A DNA stretch of 63,998 nt, filler included, from Cercozoa sp. M6MM (Eukaryota > Protista > Endomyxa: Ascetosporea): the NCBI GenBank assembly GCA_040357565.1. It is 10 parts of 10 records of this genome, joined end to end, with 100 filler letters (N's around TTAATTAATTAA, not from the genome) between each part and the next. Parts side by side here need not be neighbours in the genome. Positions count along the whole stretch, not along the records: positions 31,461 to 43,883 come from JBDODJ010000380.1; positions 43,984 to 51,690 come from JBDODJ010000602.1; 8 more parts are not named here. The stretch is one strand, 5' to 3'. Under the pieces are notes generated by a model. The model was not told the origin of the DNA, ran no database searches, and saw only the letters and a program-made list of their open reading frames with translations. Positions 37,301-50,593 of the stretch are shown piece by piece (the first letter of the stretch is position 1; every line of letters starts with the position of its first letter). The position numbers and the translations under genes are program-made.

Positions 37301-38943
37301 TGAAGACAGCTGTCCCGAAGTCGTTGTGCGCATGCCTACTGCACTGTCAATGAATGATGCCATGTACACTATACTGCCCACATGAAGATTAAATGCAAAC
37401 AACTCATTTGGCTTCAGTTGTATCAACTGAACGTTGTTGCAACCACTGTGTTGTTTGTGCAGGCGCGCGCCAACAATGTCGACGTCGGATGAAGCGGATG
37501 TCGATCAAGAAACTTCGAGTGGCATCGATGAGACATGTCAGTTTACTCAAAATCAGGGTTTTTGCATTTTTACGCTGTGTAGGTATCGTCACGATACCTT
37601 CCATTATGCATATGGGCGTTGACAAACGACCCAGTCGAAAAAAGCGTCGACAGAGGTTTAAATTTGTTTCTATCGTATACCCTCCCTGCTGTAAATTTAC
37701 TGTTAATGTCTGTATTCGTGTAACTTTGTTCAGGTGCCAAGAGAGAAAACTAGAGACACAAAAGCACATTTCCATGGTACAACTGAAACAAAATAGCTTT
37801 TTCACCAACTCTTCCCTCCCAGATGAGAAGGCGAGGCAGCTTAGAGTTGAACTTTGCCGCACTGAAGAAGCGATACGAAAACTGTGGTGTCGACGAATTC
37901 TGGTTGGAGAGAGGCGATTTGTACTATCGCTTTCATTCTGTGCGGAACGCCTTGTAGATGTGCGATTGATTGTGAATACTGCCTGCGCAGTCAAGGGGCC
38001 CGAGAGCTTATGCTGCGACTTTTCGACGAATCTGTTCAAGAGATCACCGTTCTAATGCAAGTGTGTTCTGCTGTTTCTGGGTCATACCCCTGTTTCAACT
38101 GAACACTCGATGGTTGAATCGTAAATTGTAATCGCAGAAAGACTCGCTGCAAAGGTTCCGTCTGTCGCGAAGTTACCGCTGCTCCAACGTGCGACTTCGC
38201 ATCTTCAATGAGGTGAATTTACCTCTCCAGTTCCTCCAGCAAAATCGAATGCACATGAGCGCAGTTGAAAGAGCTGCGCTATTCCGATGCTGTTCGGGAC
38301 GCCAATGAGTACACTCATGTCTGGGGGGTATTTTTCTCAATTATGAACTGTTCGGCTCTGTGTCTATATGGCTGCTCGGTATGAGTTCAGTCGCGACTGT
38401 CCATTTCATCAAACCGGACGAGTCGGAGTAGGTATTGGACGAAGAAAGAGACTTTTACGAATGGAAGTAAGTTGAATTTGGTCTCAGGAAAAGCGACGGT
38501 GGGTCACGTCCAAGTCGAACGTCGGCGCTGATGCGTCTGCTGTGGCACAACAACTCTCCCAACAACGCCAGCAGTGCCAAGGAAAGCAGCAACAACCACA
38601 ACACGAACGTCAACGACGAGAGCAACAAATTCATTGGTACCAGCGACTGTGTCGTTGTAGACCAAACCGTCAATGTGCCGTCCTATGTTCACCGCGACGG
38701 ACACGGTAAATCACTGTACATACCCCTTCTGACCATTGACGTTTGGTGTTGGACAAATCAGAAGCTCGGCGAAGCTCGCAGCCACTCAGTCGGAGCAGCA
38801 CCTACCGTCTGAGCGACAATGACTGTCCGATCAGTAGTGAGGACGCAAGTCGCTCTGTCGATTCCAAGCCCAAACGCGGCCGAACGAAAACACGCTCGAC
38901 ACGCGGCATCAAACTACTAATGCTCTCGCGTAGTCTGGCGTGA
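34391..38943 (+). CDS. Multi-pass membrane protein with an RGS domain (7TM-RGS-like)
   Basis: Hydrophobic N-terminal exons (LACGLLCLGFVCA...QPLRGRS..LWLVLFC), then RGS motifs GYDVFLSFLSGEFSTENALFVDAVHQF, HIFNRYLMNGATMQV and LFDESVQEITVLMQ|KDSLQRF; exon structure only partly traced. Confidence 0.6.
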
Positions 38944-39599
38944 CCCTCAGAACGCGTTTCTAGTACAGTACCGGCGAATTTTGTCGCAGCAGCGTTTTTC
39001 TTCGTGTGTTTTCCCGTCCAAGTGGCGTATGACGCTTGGGGCCTTGTTTCTCTGTGCGTTGAGTGGCCGATGATTTCAGCCCAGAGCAATGAAAGTGGAC
39101 CATTCAGATGTGGGTCGGGGCCACGAAAGCACCCGAAGCTCGCGATCTAATCTGGCCTGCTGGGAACTGAGCTGCGGTGACTTCTATTTTACCATGCAGG
39201 CATGGCCGACACGTTCTAACCACTGTTGCTCTCCAACCGCAGTCACACCTACGAAACCTTTTCGACTTTGAAGCGCAGACGAAAAGAACGAAAACAAAAG
39301 ACGAACCAAATTCAAGCGAGAGACAAGACACGACTTTTTCTTTTTTGTTGTTGTTCGTGTCTTCTCACTTCTCACCGATGTGGACACCTTGCGGAAACTG
39401 CCGGTGTTTTGACTCTTCTGCCTTGCTTGCAGTACCGCTGGTGTATTTATACACCACCTGCCTACTTCTACTGTCCTGTCCTGGCGCTCCGTACTTGCGT
39501 CGACTGTACTGTCGCTCGCGTTGACTGCAGAATGTAAGCTGGCTGCTTCTGCCTCTGGCAGTACGCATGGCAGAACTGAAAATCCAACTAGCCACAGTA

Positions 39600-41400
39600 A
39601 CGCTAAGTCAGAACAGTGGACACGGTACAGTACTTTCTAACACTTGCTACGGTAACCCTTTCGTTGCACTCCGTTCCTATAGCCTCCACGCCACACAACA
39701 CTGAAGCCAATACGAACTGTATTCGACTCGAATTCAATTCACGCCGCGCGAGAGGCTGCCCGAATAGCTGCGTCTGCCAGCAGCACAGTACACACAAGCA
39801 GAATTGAATCAAGTTGAGGTCTGATACTGCGCTTTCAACATTTTGTACCCAACGAGATGCCGTGTTGCTTGGCGTGCTCTCGAAGAACGTACGCACCAAG
39901 AGCGTCGACGAAACGTGCGGCAATCTTCGCTTGAGTTTGCTCTTCTGTCTCTGCTGCTGCGCTTCCCGATTCTGACGTTTCTTGCGACTAATGCAAATGG
40001 TTTTCGGGTCAATTTTAATCCAAAAAGAAGTCTCATTTTATCTTACAGAAGGAGGCTGTGCACTGCGAATCTTTGGCTGCTCGCGCTCGATTTCATCCTG
40101 CGATTCCCAGTGGGTGAGACAATAAACGCACAGTGAAAGGAGTTTTACCAACTCGCTGTCGGTGGAACGTTCCATTTCGCGTTGTTGTGACTGCAGGCAA
40201 GCCAGCATCTTTGAGGGGAAAGACCAGGGTTTATAAAAACTACCATCGATCGTCGCCACGGCAGCAGTTCGTTCAACGGCGGTGACAAACCTTCATCTGC
40301 CATCACGGCTTGTTTGACACGTGCTCGGATTGCAACTGAATAAATTCAAGGACGAATTGAAGCACATTGAAGGAATTTAAAGTCATACCACGGTCAAACG
40401 CTTCGTTGGAACTTCCGCGCGGACGTCGCAGAAGCTTTGACATTTCAGTTTCTTCAGGTTGCCCTTTTTGGTGGCTAACAAAGCGCATTTGACACTGAAA
40501 TTGCATGTGTCAGTCGCTGTGCATGTACCCAGCAGTGCGCAGATGGCGGTACAAGTCGCGTGGCGTCGGCGGTTGCATCAGCGGCCGAATCTACGTTTCA
40601 TTGATCACGGAAATGTACAAAGGAAAAGGTGAACTAAAGCAGACGCCACACCTTCCAAAAGGGATCGTCAAGTTTCGAGCATTTCGTTTGCTTCAGAGTG
40701 CCAGGGACCTAGACAACCCATTCAGTCCTATTCATTAGTCTGTCCTAAATCTTAGAAGGTACCAAATCCAGCGGCGAACTTCGAAGAACCTGAATTAGGC
40801 GACTCTAAAACGAATTCTAAAAACCTACAGAAACAAACAGTACCCGGCGAAGTCGCTCGGACTCGCGATCGCTGTTGTCGAAAACGCCGTTTTCGTCGAG
40901 CAGTGTCAACACGGAAGCTGCCTTGACTGGGTCAGTTTCGCCCTTTGAACACATGAAACATACAGGTTTTCTGTAGAATGCACAGAAATCATGATCACCT
41001 GCAGAACTTCCATGGCACGCTGCTTTTTGCCTTCGTGTGCCAAGCGTTCCAGCGGGTCCTGCCCGTACATTTGTCGGTTTGAAAGGCCAAAGCGACAGGT
41101 ACAACTGAAACATACGTTGTGCTGCTTGTCGCGACGCTCTCTGAGCACGCCACGTGCGCGACCGCGTTCAGCAACATTCGTCTAAATTTCACAGCAGTGA
41201 AGAAGAAAAGAAAAAGGGCTGATTTGGCAGTTATTATGTCGTTGCGAGAAATAAATTTACGCGCACGCGCTTGACTAGACACTGACGTTCAGTCTCGGCA
41301 AAGTTGTCCCAGTTCTGCACCAAGTCGCTTCGTGCGTCCATCTGCCCTCAGCTCATCATCTATAGACTTTCGCCCCCCCCCCATCAATATAAAAATTTAC

Positions 41401-41443
<43 letters not shown>

Positions 41444-42600
41444 ATACTACACATGACACAGTTAACAGAAAACCTGTGTCTGTCGCAGTTCGGCCATGAA
41501 CTTGTTCATCAAGCGGTGGTACTCGGGCGTGCCGACCACCTCGGCCAGAGTGCGCAGTTCTGCGTCTGGCAGCCGCTCCAACCAACCTGTGTGTGTTTGT
41601 TGAAAGTAGTTGAACTGTCCTAGAATTCATCAGTTGAGCATATGAAGTTTACTGCGAGTGAAATCGTCATCGGTGCGTCTCTGGCCGGACTCAATTGATT
41701 TTCAGCTTCAGCTTTATCGATGGACAAACGAAAAAGCTACCTTTTCAAAAGAACGCCGAACGAACTCGTCATAGAACTGTCGAAACGCGGGATCGTTGAC
41801 ATCCGGTTCGTCCTTCGGCTTGTGCTTCTTCGAACGCGAGAACACACCTCGCACAGGCGGAACTGGAAAGCAACAAACACCCAGATAAGTTAACGTGTTC
41901 CTTTCGGCAAACGGAACATGACGCAAATTCACCGCGACGAGGAACGTCGCCTTCGGTGCTTTCACTTTCTTCGATTGAGTTGTTCGGCGTTGGCGGCACT
42001 TCTTGCGACTGAGGTTTCGTTCGCTACGGCAAAAACAGAAGTGAAACTCTGCCAACTTAATTCGAACACTGAAGCACCTGCTGGAAAGCGGAAGCATCGC
42101 GGAGCATCGTGCGACGCAAGTCATCGTCAAGAGCGACATGACGCTCTGCGAAAGTGAAAGGTATTCTTGTGGATCGGGAGCAAGTGCACCAAACGACAAA
42201 GCAGTACCCAAATCGCTTTCGCTGTCGCTGTCGGTGGAAGAAGCGATGTCATCGACGGGCGACTGTTCCAAGCTGCTTTGCACGCTGAATTCGTGTACTA
42301 CAGGCTCCTGTGCGAACTCTACCTTCTTTTCTCTGACCAGACAACTCGGGTACAACTCGGTTTTTTAGATTAAAACAAAGTGCGCTGGGGATCAAGTTAC
42401 TGCTGAGTGACAGTTTTTAAAGCTTCGTCATCGGTGCTGGTAGCACGGCATGTTGCCACGAAGGCACACAGTGCCATCAGCAGCACGAGCTTACTCAAGC
42501 GCATCTCACAGAGGTGGTTGCGCTCTGCGTCTGCTACTCTTGAGACAACAGCGACACGAATGAAAGCTCAAATGTCACATCATGCCATGCCGCTCGACAT
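39600..42600 (-). CDS. Hypothetical large multi-exon protein
   Basis: Series of open exons with GT-AG ends (41714-42355; VGTPEYHRLMNKFMAELRQ; MYGQDPLERLAHEG); boundaries approximate. Confidence 0.35.
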
Positions 42601-42951
42601 GACGTGACGACGGCGTGACCACGGTTGTGCAGGCTGTTCGCTTACAGTGGCACCACGGGCAATACCAACAAAACGTATCTACTGAAAGGCATGTTGTTGC
42701 GCGTGTTGCGCCGGCGCAGCCGCCAGGCCACAAAACACAGTCTGCGCAGGCGCCCAAATCAGAAATGATGATCTTCCCATTGAACTCTTGATCAAGCGAT
42801 CCTGACGTCTTCCCATTGAACTCTTAAACAACAACGATTCGAGTAGTGTCTAGTCTCACTCGTAGCACACCCTAAACAACGTTAACGCGGCGAACTAAAC
42901 AAGTCCACTTGCGTTCGGGCAGCTGATTGCACGTGTGACTTAGTCAGCAAA

Positions 42952-43692
42952 ATGGCCATGCTTGCACCTGTGGCCCCTGTGGCGGGTCTAGACAACTCCC
43001 TGAGCACTAAAATCGAGGTACTGTCGTGTGAAAGTCGATGATTTTTTTCATTTTTGTGTGTGTCTGGACTTTTGTGTTTAAACTTGTGGCGTGACCTGTG
43101 GTGTTTACAACAACCTTTGTTCTGTCCAGATCTCGCTGTCGGTGAAGGATCTTCCCGACCGTGACAAGCTCAGCAAGTCGGACGGCTTTGTAGTTGTTGA
43201 CTTGAAGGAAGGCGGCGGCTCGTACTCGGAAATCGTAATTCTACTGGCTGTAGTTAATTTATTTTTTTTGAGTGTTTATCTGTATGTTTTGGCAGGGCCG
43301 GACTGAGACGGTTTTCGATAGTCACCATCCGCAGTTCACGACGTCGTTCAACTTGACGTTCAAGTTCGAAACCACGCAGTAGTAAGTTCATTCTCTTGTG
43401 AGTGTGAGTTATGCTTGTGATTTCTGACTGTGATTATTTTAGTCTGCGTTTCCGCGTGTTTGACAATGACGACAAGAAGAGTCAGGACTTGTAGTTTTTA
43501 ACTCTTTTAAACTAACAATAGGGGGGTTATTGGAAGCACACGTGTTGTTGCCTGCAGGTCCAAGCATCAGTTTGTGGGCCAGTGCGAATGTACCATTGGC
43601 GAACTCGTCAATGCAACGGTATGCTTTCTCTGTCACACAAGATAATTAGTTGGACAACCTTGTTCTTATGCGTGTGTGTGTGAGTGAGAGAG

Positions 43693-43741
<49 letters not shown>

Positions 43742-43825
43742 CAGGGCATGTCTCTGTCGCGACCAGTCGTTGGCAAAAACGGCGACGCTCCGCGCAACAA
43801 AAAAAGCGGCGTGCGCACTTCGGTG
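42952..43825 (+). CDS. Copine (C2A domain; 3'-truncated)
   Basis: TKIE|ISLSVKDLPDRDKLSKSDGFVVV...GRTETVFDSHHPQF...FKFETTQ|YLRFRVFD...FVGQCECTIGELV. Confidence 0.88.
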
Positions 43826-44009
43826 CTCGTGCGTGCTGGTACTCATATGACCTTCCCCCCCATTACCCCCTATTACCCCCCTANNNNNNNNNNNNNNNNN
43901 NNNNNNNNNNNNNNNNNNNNNNNNNNNTTAATTAATTAANNNNNNNNNNNNNNNNNNNNNNNNNNNNNNNNNNNNNNNNNNNNCCCCCCCCCCCCCCCCG
44001 TTGAGTTGG

Positions 44010-45441
44010 CAGTGGAGTCGACTGAACAATCACATATACGTGATGCGAAACGCCGTCATGGCTCTTGATGATGGTAGGGAGGGGAGTAATAGGCGGATAC
44101 AGGGGAAGGACAACGTAGTTTGTGCACAGAGACAGTGCAATCACTGACGGGCGTTTCTCGTGTTGAACTGGCCGCACTGTGCGATCGGCGATCGCTGCGC
44201 AAAAACGACGATTCGGCCTTGCGACGCTGTGTGGCGGATGGCGTAGTTTTACCCCCCTATCTCCATGACCCTTGGCCCCCTTAACGATCTTCAAGCAGGA
44301 CAAAGCGAGAGTGTCCAAGATGCGCGAAATGCGGCGAAAACGGCGAAATTTGCGTTTGTTGATTTCCGCGTTGATTCTGCGCGACTTGTGCGAGGTTTGC
44401 CCGTGCTTTACCCCCCCCTTATCCACTGCTCTTTCTTCCCTTTATTTCGCCTTTGACCGCTCCTCATCCCTGGGTGTGCAGATGGAGAGAACGGAAGTGT
44501 GTCGAAAGTACGCATTTAGCGACGAGAGCGAGCGCGGTGTGCCAATGTCGGCGAGTCTGCTGGAGGACTTCCGACGCGATGCGATTGTTCACTTGTTCGC
44601 ATGTCAGGCATTTGGACAGCACATGCAACTGTACCCCCTCCCCACCACATCTCTTTAACACTACCTCTCTGCCTCTTTACCCTCCCCAGCACGGTGATGT
44701 CGCAGCTAGCGGCCGAGATGAATGTGCAGCTGCGACAGGGGGGTAAAACTCCATCGTCGTCGCCGCCGCCGCCACTGGCGAGTTTCTTGGAGGACCACGC
44801 GGGACTCTCGCTACCGACCTCACTGGCGCTGGCGCGACTCTTTCACGTGTGCCACATCACCAGTGTCGAGGTCTACCCCCTCCCCCACACACCTGCTTTG
44901 CCCCTTTACCCCCCCCCCCCGTAGGACATTAAAGCGCGAGGCAAAACGGAACTGAACACGATTCTGCGACGTGTCGATGTGCCCTCCTTTCAGGTATTAT
45001 CCTCTCCCTCCGCTTACTCCCGGGAACTCCCCCTACCCCCCCCCCCCCCAGAGGAGAAAGTGGGTGCTCGCCATTCTCGAGGCGGTGCGACAGGCCGCGC
45101 AACACGACGACTCTGACAACGACTCCGACATCAACAGTCAGAGTCAACGCAGTCACAGTCAACACAGTCATAGTCAGCACAGTCAGCACAGTCGACACAG
45201 TCAGAGTCAAAATGAAAGTCGAGACATCTCGAACTCAAACGAAAATGCGAACGAAAACGACGGCGACAGCGACAGCGACGCCTCTGTGTGCGACGTCGCC
45301 GAAGAACTCACATCGCTGTGGCAACAGGATCAGGTCGACCATTACCAGTCGACGCATCGAGACGGCACCGACTCCATGTCGACGTCGACCGCCGACCTCT
45401 TGACCGTCGCTTCGGTTACCAGTCGCTGGCAGCTTGACTAA
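44010..45441 (+). CDS. HELQ/POLQ-like helicase C-terminal region (5'-truncated)
   Basis: NLRLLISALILRDLCE|MERTEVCRKY resembles the Hel308-family ratchet region, followed by HhH-like ALARLFHVCHITSVE|DI and an acidic/Ser tail. Confidence 0.45.
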
Positions 45442-46246
45442 CCAATTGATCGTGAATTGTAGCGTAGATCTTAGTGGACGGGACACGCGCAAGCTGTGTG
45501 CCTTGATGCCAAGCAGAGCGAGGCCTGCAAATAAATACTGAGCATCGTTTCCTACTGAATACCATCGGCCCAGGTACCGTGCTTGGCAATGCTTGCGGTT
45601 GTCTTCGTCGGCCCCGACATGAAGCCTGCATGAAAGGATTTTGCATCGACTATTGTGTCGAGTGGCAATAACCTGGCATTTCCGCCACCCCAACAAGAAA
45701 ATGATAACGCAAACTTGAGCCATGGGACTTTTGTTGTCTTCAGCTTTCGTCCTCAGTTTCGAACTCTTGGTCCAGTAGTTCTTCTTTTACTTGCTGTCGT
45801 TCTAGCGCGATCTCGCTCGAGTCATCCACGCCATTTTTGGTATTCGTCCTTCCTCTAGCATGGTTTCTTCGCTTTTGGTTAGCTTCTGCAAAAAAGCGTT
45901 CTTCCTGCGCGTCTTCTGGTACAGCTTTAGATTAAGATGTGTTGGCAAATCGACCTGACCGTCCCAAGCTAGGAAGTCAGGTCTAGCACAACAAAATCCT
46001 TCTTTTAAGCTTACTGGTTCAGATTTGATAGACCGCGCTTGCTAGTCAGATGAGAGACTTGACCGAGAAACGCGATGCATAACCGAACGAAATGGAGGGA
46101 TTCCCCATATCACTATATTGTACAATAAGCTAGTTCAGCTTCGCTATGACCGCTAACCGGACGGAACTCGACTGAAGCGCCAGGTTGGCGTGTCGGACAA
46201 CAATGACAGCCTGAGCCTCCTCTCCTCAGCCCAGACGTGAGGTAAG

Positions 46247-47138
46247 TTAACCAAGCCAGCCAAACCAGGTGCGCAGGAGAAAGAGATCCGGCACTGACAG
46301 CAAGAGCATCAGCAGCAACATGCCCGTCAGGATCATGGCGTTGCCTGCACGCACACCACACACCACACATTCAGACTAAATCAGTCGGATCACAGACGCA
46401 ATATTGCAGCAGGCGCGTACCTGCCCTCATCTGACGCTGCTCCTGAAGCGATAAATTCTGCCGCGCAGCCGTGCGGAAGTGCAATTGCGGTCCCAGCATG
46501 AAGGGACCTACAGTCCAAAGAATGATAGCACATCGATCCTTCTGAGAGTGTACACACAAGGTTGTTACCAAAACCAAAGTGAAATTGTGCGTGGTGAAAG
46601 TGCTGCGGTGGCGGTCCTTGTTGTGGCGCCTCCTAAACAAACCACACCAGTGACCAGTGTGTCAAGAAAACAGAAGCAAACGCAAGCAGGGAGGGGGGGG
46701 GGGGGTGAAACAACCTCTCGCTGTGCTCGCGGTCGCTCAGGAACGTTGCGTTGCCGCGTCTCTTGCGAACCCTCACTTGAAGACTCAGCCTCTGCCTTGG
46801 CCTACTCAGGATGCAGTCCAACTGCAGTGACCCCTCCCACAGCTCAGCAAGACCAAAATCCTACTTCTTGCGCCGGGTGTGGTCGCTCTGTTTCGTTCCT
46901 GTTGTTGGCGTACAGTGGAATCACCGTGTCTCGACTCACGGCACCCTAGATTTTCAGTTAACCATGACAACAGTCTGCTAGACTGTCTGTACGTGTGTAC
47001 CTTGCATATGGGACAACTGTTTGAGCGTTCAAGCCACTTGAACAGACACGGCCAGCAGTACAAGTGACCACACCGCGTGACCACCGGGTCACTCGGCGAG
47101 TCCAGGCAAATTGCGCACTCGTAGGACGAAGCAGACAT
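46247..47138 (-). CDS. RNF5/RNF185-like RING E3 ligase with C-terminal membrane anchor
   Basis: [31 protein letters not shown]...CPICK|[21 protein letters not shown] and a hydrophobic tail [14 protein letters not shown]. Confidence 0.88.
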
Positions 47139-47809
47139 TGCTCGTCCCGTTCAGTGCACCTATGCAAACTACTGTCAAGTGCGTCTTGTTTCTGTTGGAC
47201 CAAAATACAGCGTCATCAGCAACATCATCGCCTGACAGTCCACGAAAAAACTCCGTACGAAAACACAGTACCTACAACGTGTTTTATCCGCTTTTATTGC
47301 CAGTATGCCAGTTTTCACTCTGTTAAAGCTACCCACATTCCCTTAGCACGCAGACTCTGCCGCCCAAACACGCTTATTATTTTTTGCGCGGCCCAGCGCT
47401 CCGTCCCCAATGAATGCTGACGGACTCTTTGTACTGCATTGGACAGCATGATCTCTCCAACTACAAAGGATAGCTGCACAACTGGTTCGGCGTTTCTCAG
47501 TTTCGGATCGCGAAAATACGGGAAATGCCAGAAACGCTCGGAGAATGTCTGCTGTTTAAAGCAGCCTCACCGTGCATAGTGGTGCCATAGGTTTGTTGCA
47601 GCGTTTATTGAAGACTGGAGGTGGCACGTGGTCCCTTCACGCCTCGAAAGAGTGCCGGCGACGGTTGATCAGAAATGGATCCTGAGACTGGAGCTGCCGG
47701 GATCGAACAGCCTCCGCAGCAGACCTCTGCCTCGCGATGTATAGACCATTTTAAGCACACACACACACACCACACAAACGTACTAATGTGGCGTAGCCAT
47801 TTGGAGTGA

Positions 47810-50340
47810 ATGGAAACTAAGCGACACCATGAGCAGTCGCAATGGGTATTCTGTTCAGTTGGGCTTCTGAGCGCCCCTGTGAGTGTGTTTGAATCCAGCG
47901 ACTTAAGTCGCGAAAGCGCTCGCACGCTCGTTCGATTCTGGCGACGTCGCGTGCGACTTCCCTTCATTCGTAGCGAATTTATTTGTTTGGAAATGCTCAT
48001 GGCGTGGATGTGACCTGACTGGAATTTTATCGATAACTACTGATTGTACATCGTGTATTCCATGGTTTAGAGCGGCCAATCCGCGTGGTCAGTGTGTTGG
48101 TGGGGCTGCTGACCGTTGGATTCGTCGTCAGTCTGATCGTTTCGCCGAACGAGACAACTGTCCCGAGTCAAGATGACTCGTCTGCCAACGGAGGACTAGC
48201 TGCGCCCGGCGAAAAGCTTCCACGGATCTGGCTTACATTGCCTGCCTTGTAACACGCCTTCTGCTTGTGTTTGCTTTGATCGTTTGAAAACGTTTCGCTT
48301 TTTTTGAGGACTTAATTTATATCGTAGCCGCGACTCGCTGCAGTGTTCTCGCACGATTCGCAACGCTTTCGCCTCGGCGACGCAGCCTTCGCGCGTGCGA
48401 CTGGCCATCTACGACCAGCTGGACCACGACGAGGACGTGCCAATTGTGGCACGTGCGTTTTCCAACTGCAACGCTGACGGTGAGGGCAGCAAAACGCAGA
48501 ACGCGCAGTTGCTGGAGAGCGAGGAGGAGAAGAAGAAGCGTTTGGAGTACTTTGAGAGTCGGCCAGTGCCTGAAGTCGACTGGGATGCCAATATCTTCAC
48601 GCTGCCTTTGGTACCAAGAGACCCAAGTCTGCTGACTCAGTAGCCCTTGTAGAGAGACTTCCTGATTGCAGGGCGGCCAGCATCGCGGACAGGGACGAGG
48701 TGTGCGCGACAACGATCGCACGCACTGCCAGTACCGGCACAATGTGCACGCGTTGGAAGTGGCTGCTCGCGGTGCTCCTGGCGTCGTTGCTGCGCGTTTC
48801 ATGGCCGAGCAGATCGTTCTGTCGCAGGAGGATTTCGACCCTGACTTTGACTTCGTGTGTACCTTGCCTTCCGTTGCCTTTCATTTGAAGGAAAGAAGGA
48901 AGGGAGACCAAGGGATACCGTACTGTTCCCTCAGTGCAACTGGATGCACACACGGAATTCTCGGACGACTGGGACACGCGTCTGATCGCGCAGTGGCAAA
49001 TGATCGGTCGTGAGAAGGCCATTCTGTAACACTACCCTCACTTTCACACTTTATATGCCTGCTTTCTTTTGTTCTACTATTGTGTGTCGGGAGAACAGCA
49101 CGGCGTACCCTCTGCAGAGTCGATACAAACCCGAGCCGACTGGACCGCATGTGCCGCTGCTGTGTGGTGCCAATTTCGACGGACACGAAGGCAAGGGTGG
49201 TCTGCCCACAACAGTTGGCACCATGTGTACCTTTCACTCGACAGTTTCTTTCTGTTGTGACTGACCTGTGTTGTGCTGTACCTTAGTATCTTTTCGCAGG
49301 GCACGCACGTGATGTTCCCGATGCCATCACCTTTGAAATCGACGGCAAGCTCGGTATAAACTGAAACAAGAATCGAAGAAGTTTACGAAAGGAGTTTTAA
49401 GGGGGTGGAATTTCAGTGAAAGGCGACGCCGTGAAGAAACTCAAGCCGGAACAAACGACGCTGCGCAATTGGCGGCCCGGCATGCCGGTGCGACACCCGT
49501 GCTTTGCCGCCGGGTTTTCCTTCGCGCGTGCACATCGCATCGTAGTTTCTCTCTCATTGTGGTTTCTTAAGAACCTTTTTCAGTTCGCTTTTTAGGCTTG
49601 AGTTTTCTCCTTTTCTTTTTCATTGTTTCACCTTTAATCGTGTGCCCTCTCTGCACGTTTGTTTTTTGTTTCGCGTGCGCAGGTCGAAGTTCCCAACGAC
49701 CCGCAAGCTGTGATGCTGTACTTTGGCGAGGAGCTTTCGATGGGTACAGCATTCTTTGCAGGACGGTCTGTGTAAATTAAGTGTATAACCTGTGAAACTG
49801 AACGAAACGAAACGTAGCCATTCGACTGTTTACGGCGGGCTACGACACATTCGCGCCGACGGACGGCGTCGTGTTCCACCTGTATGCCAGCAACGCTCCG
49901 ACGCGCAAGTTTTTGCCTTGGAACGAGCACAAGCAGAAACTGCGCGATGAGTCGGTACCTTAAACTTACTCATCTGGGTCTAAATTGAGTTTACACACTT
50001 CTAGGCCCTGCGAATCCACGCCATCTTTCAAGAAGACTGGGCTCTCGCGAAGAACCCTCTGGTGCATCCTCCGATAAGTTATCTTTGCTAGGTTAACAAA
50101 AGAGTGGTTTGCATCAAAGTCACCAAAACCTGGCGATCGATTCGGCCTTGGGACTGTGCGCCCGGTCGAGCAGTACTGGGAATGGGCCTCAGTCGAGTAC
50201 CGGACACTTTTCATACACCTTGTGTTCAGCTGTACTGATTCTGGGCATGTCTGTGCAGCATGGTGAAGAAGGAGACGTCCAATCTGTGCACACAGGTCGG
50301 CAAGCGCAACTTTGGTGAGCCGCTTCACAAACTTAACTAA
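47810..50340 (+). CDS. GT60-family (Gnt1/Gnt2-like) N-acetylglucosaminyltransferase, membrane-anchored
   Basis: IWLTLPAF|RDSLQC, AARFMAEQ, QLDAHTEFSDDWD (DxH), FAAGFSFARA, EVPNDP...YFGEELSM, RLFTAGYDTFAP...FHLY; N-terminal TM segment; start uncertain. Confidence 0.82.
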
Positions 50341-50593
50341 CCGTCGCGCAAAACTATGTTTTTGACGACAAAGATCAAGTAACTAATCAAAGCCACTCGA
50401 CGGTCCCAGAGGTTCGCGCTGGCTACGGCGTTGTTTTTGGTTTTTGACACAAACACCTCTAGAGAAGAAGTGAACGTGTGCTGCAACCGTAGCTTACTCG
50501 TTTTATCACATCTGCAGCAAAAATTGACATTCAGAGCCAGGGACATTTGTCACGGTTTTCCGCGCGGAAGTGAGAATGGACCCGTCCGCGCGG

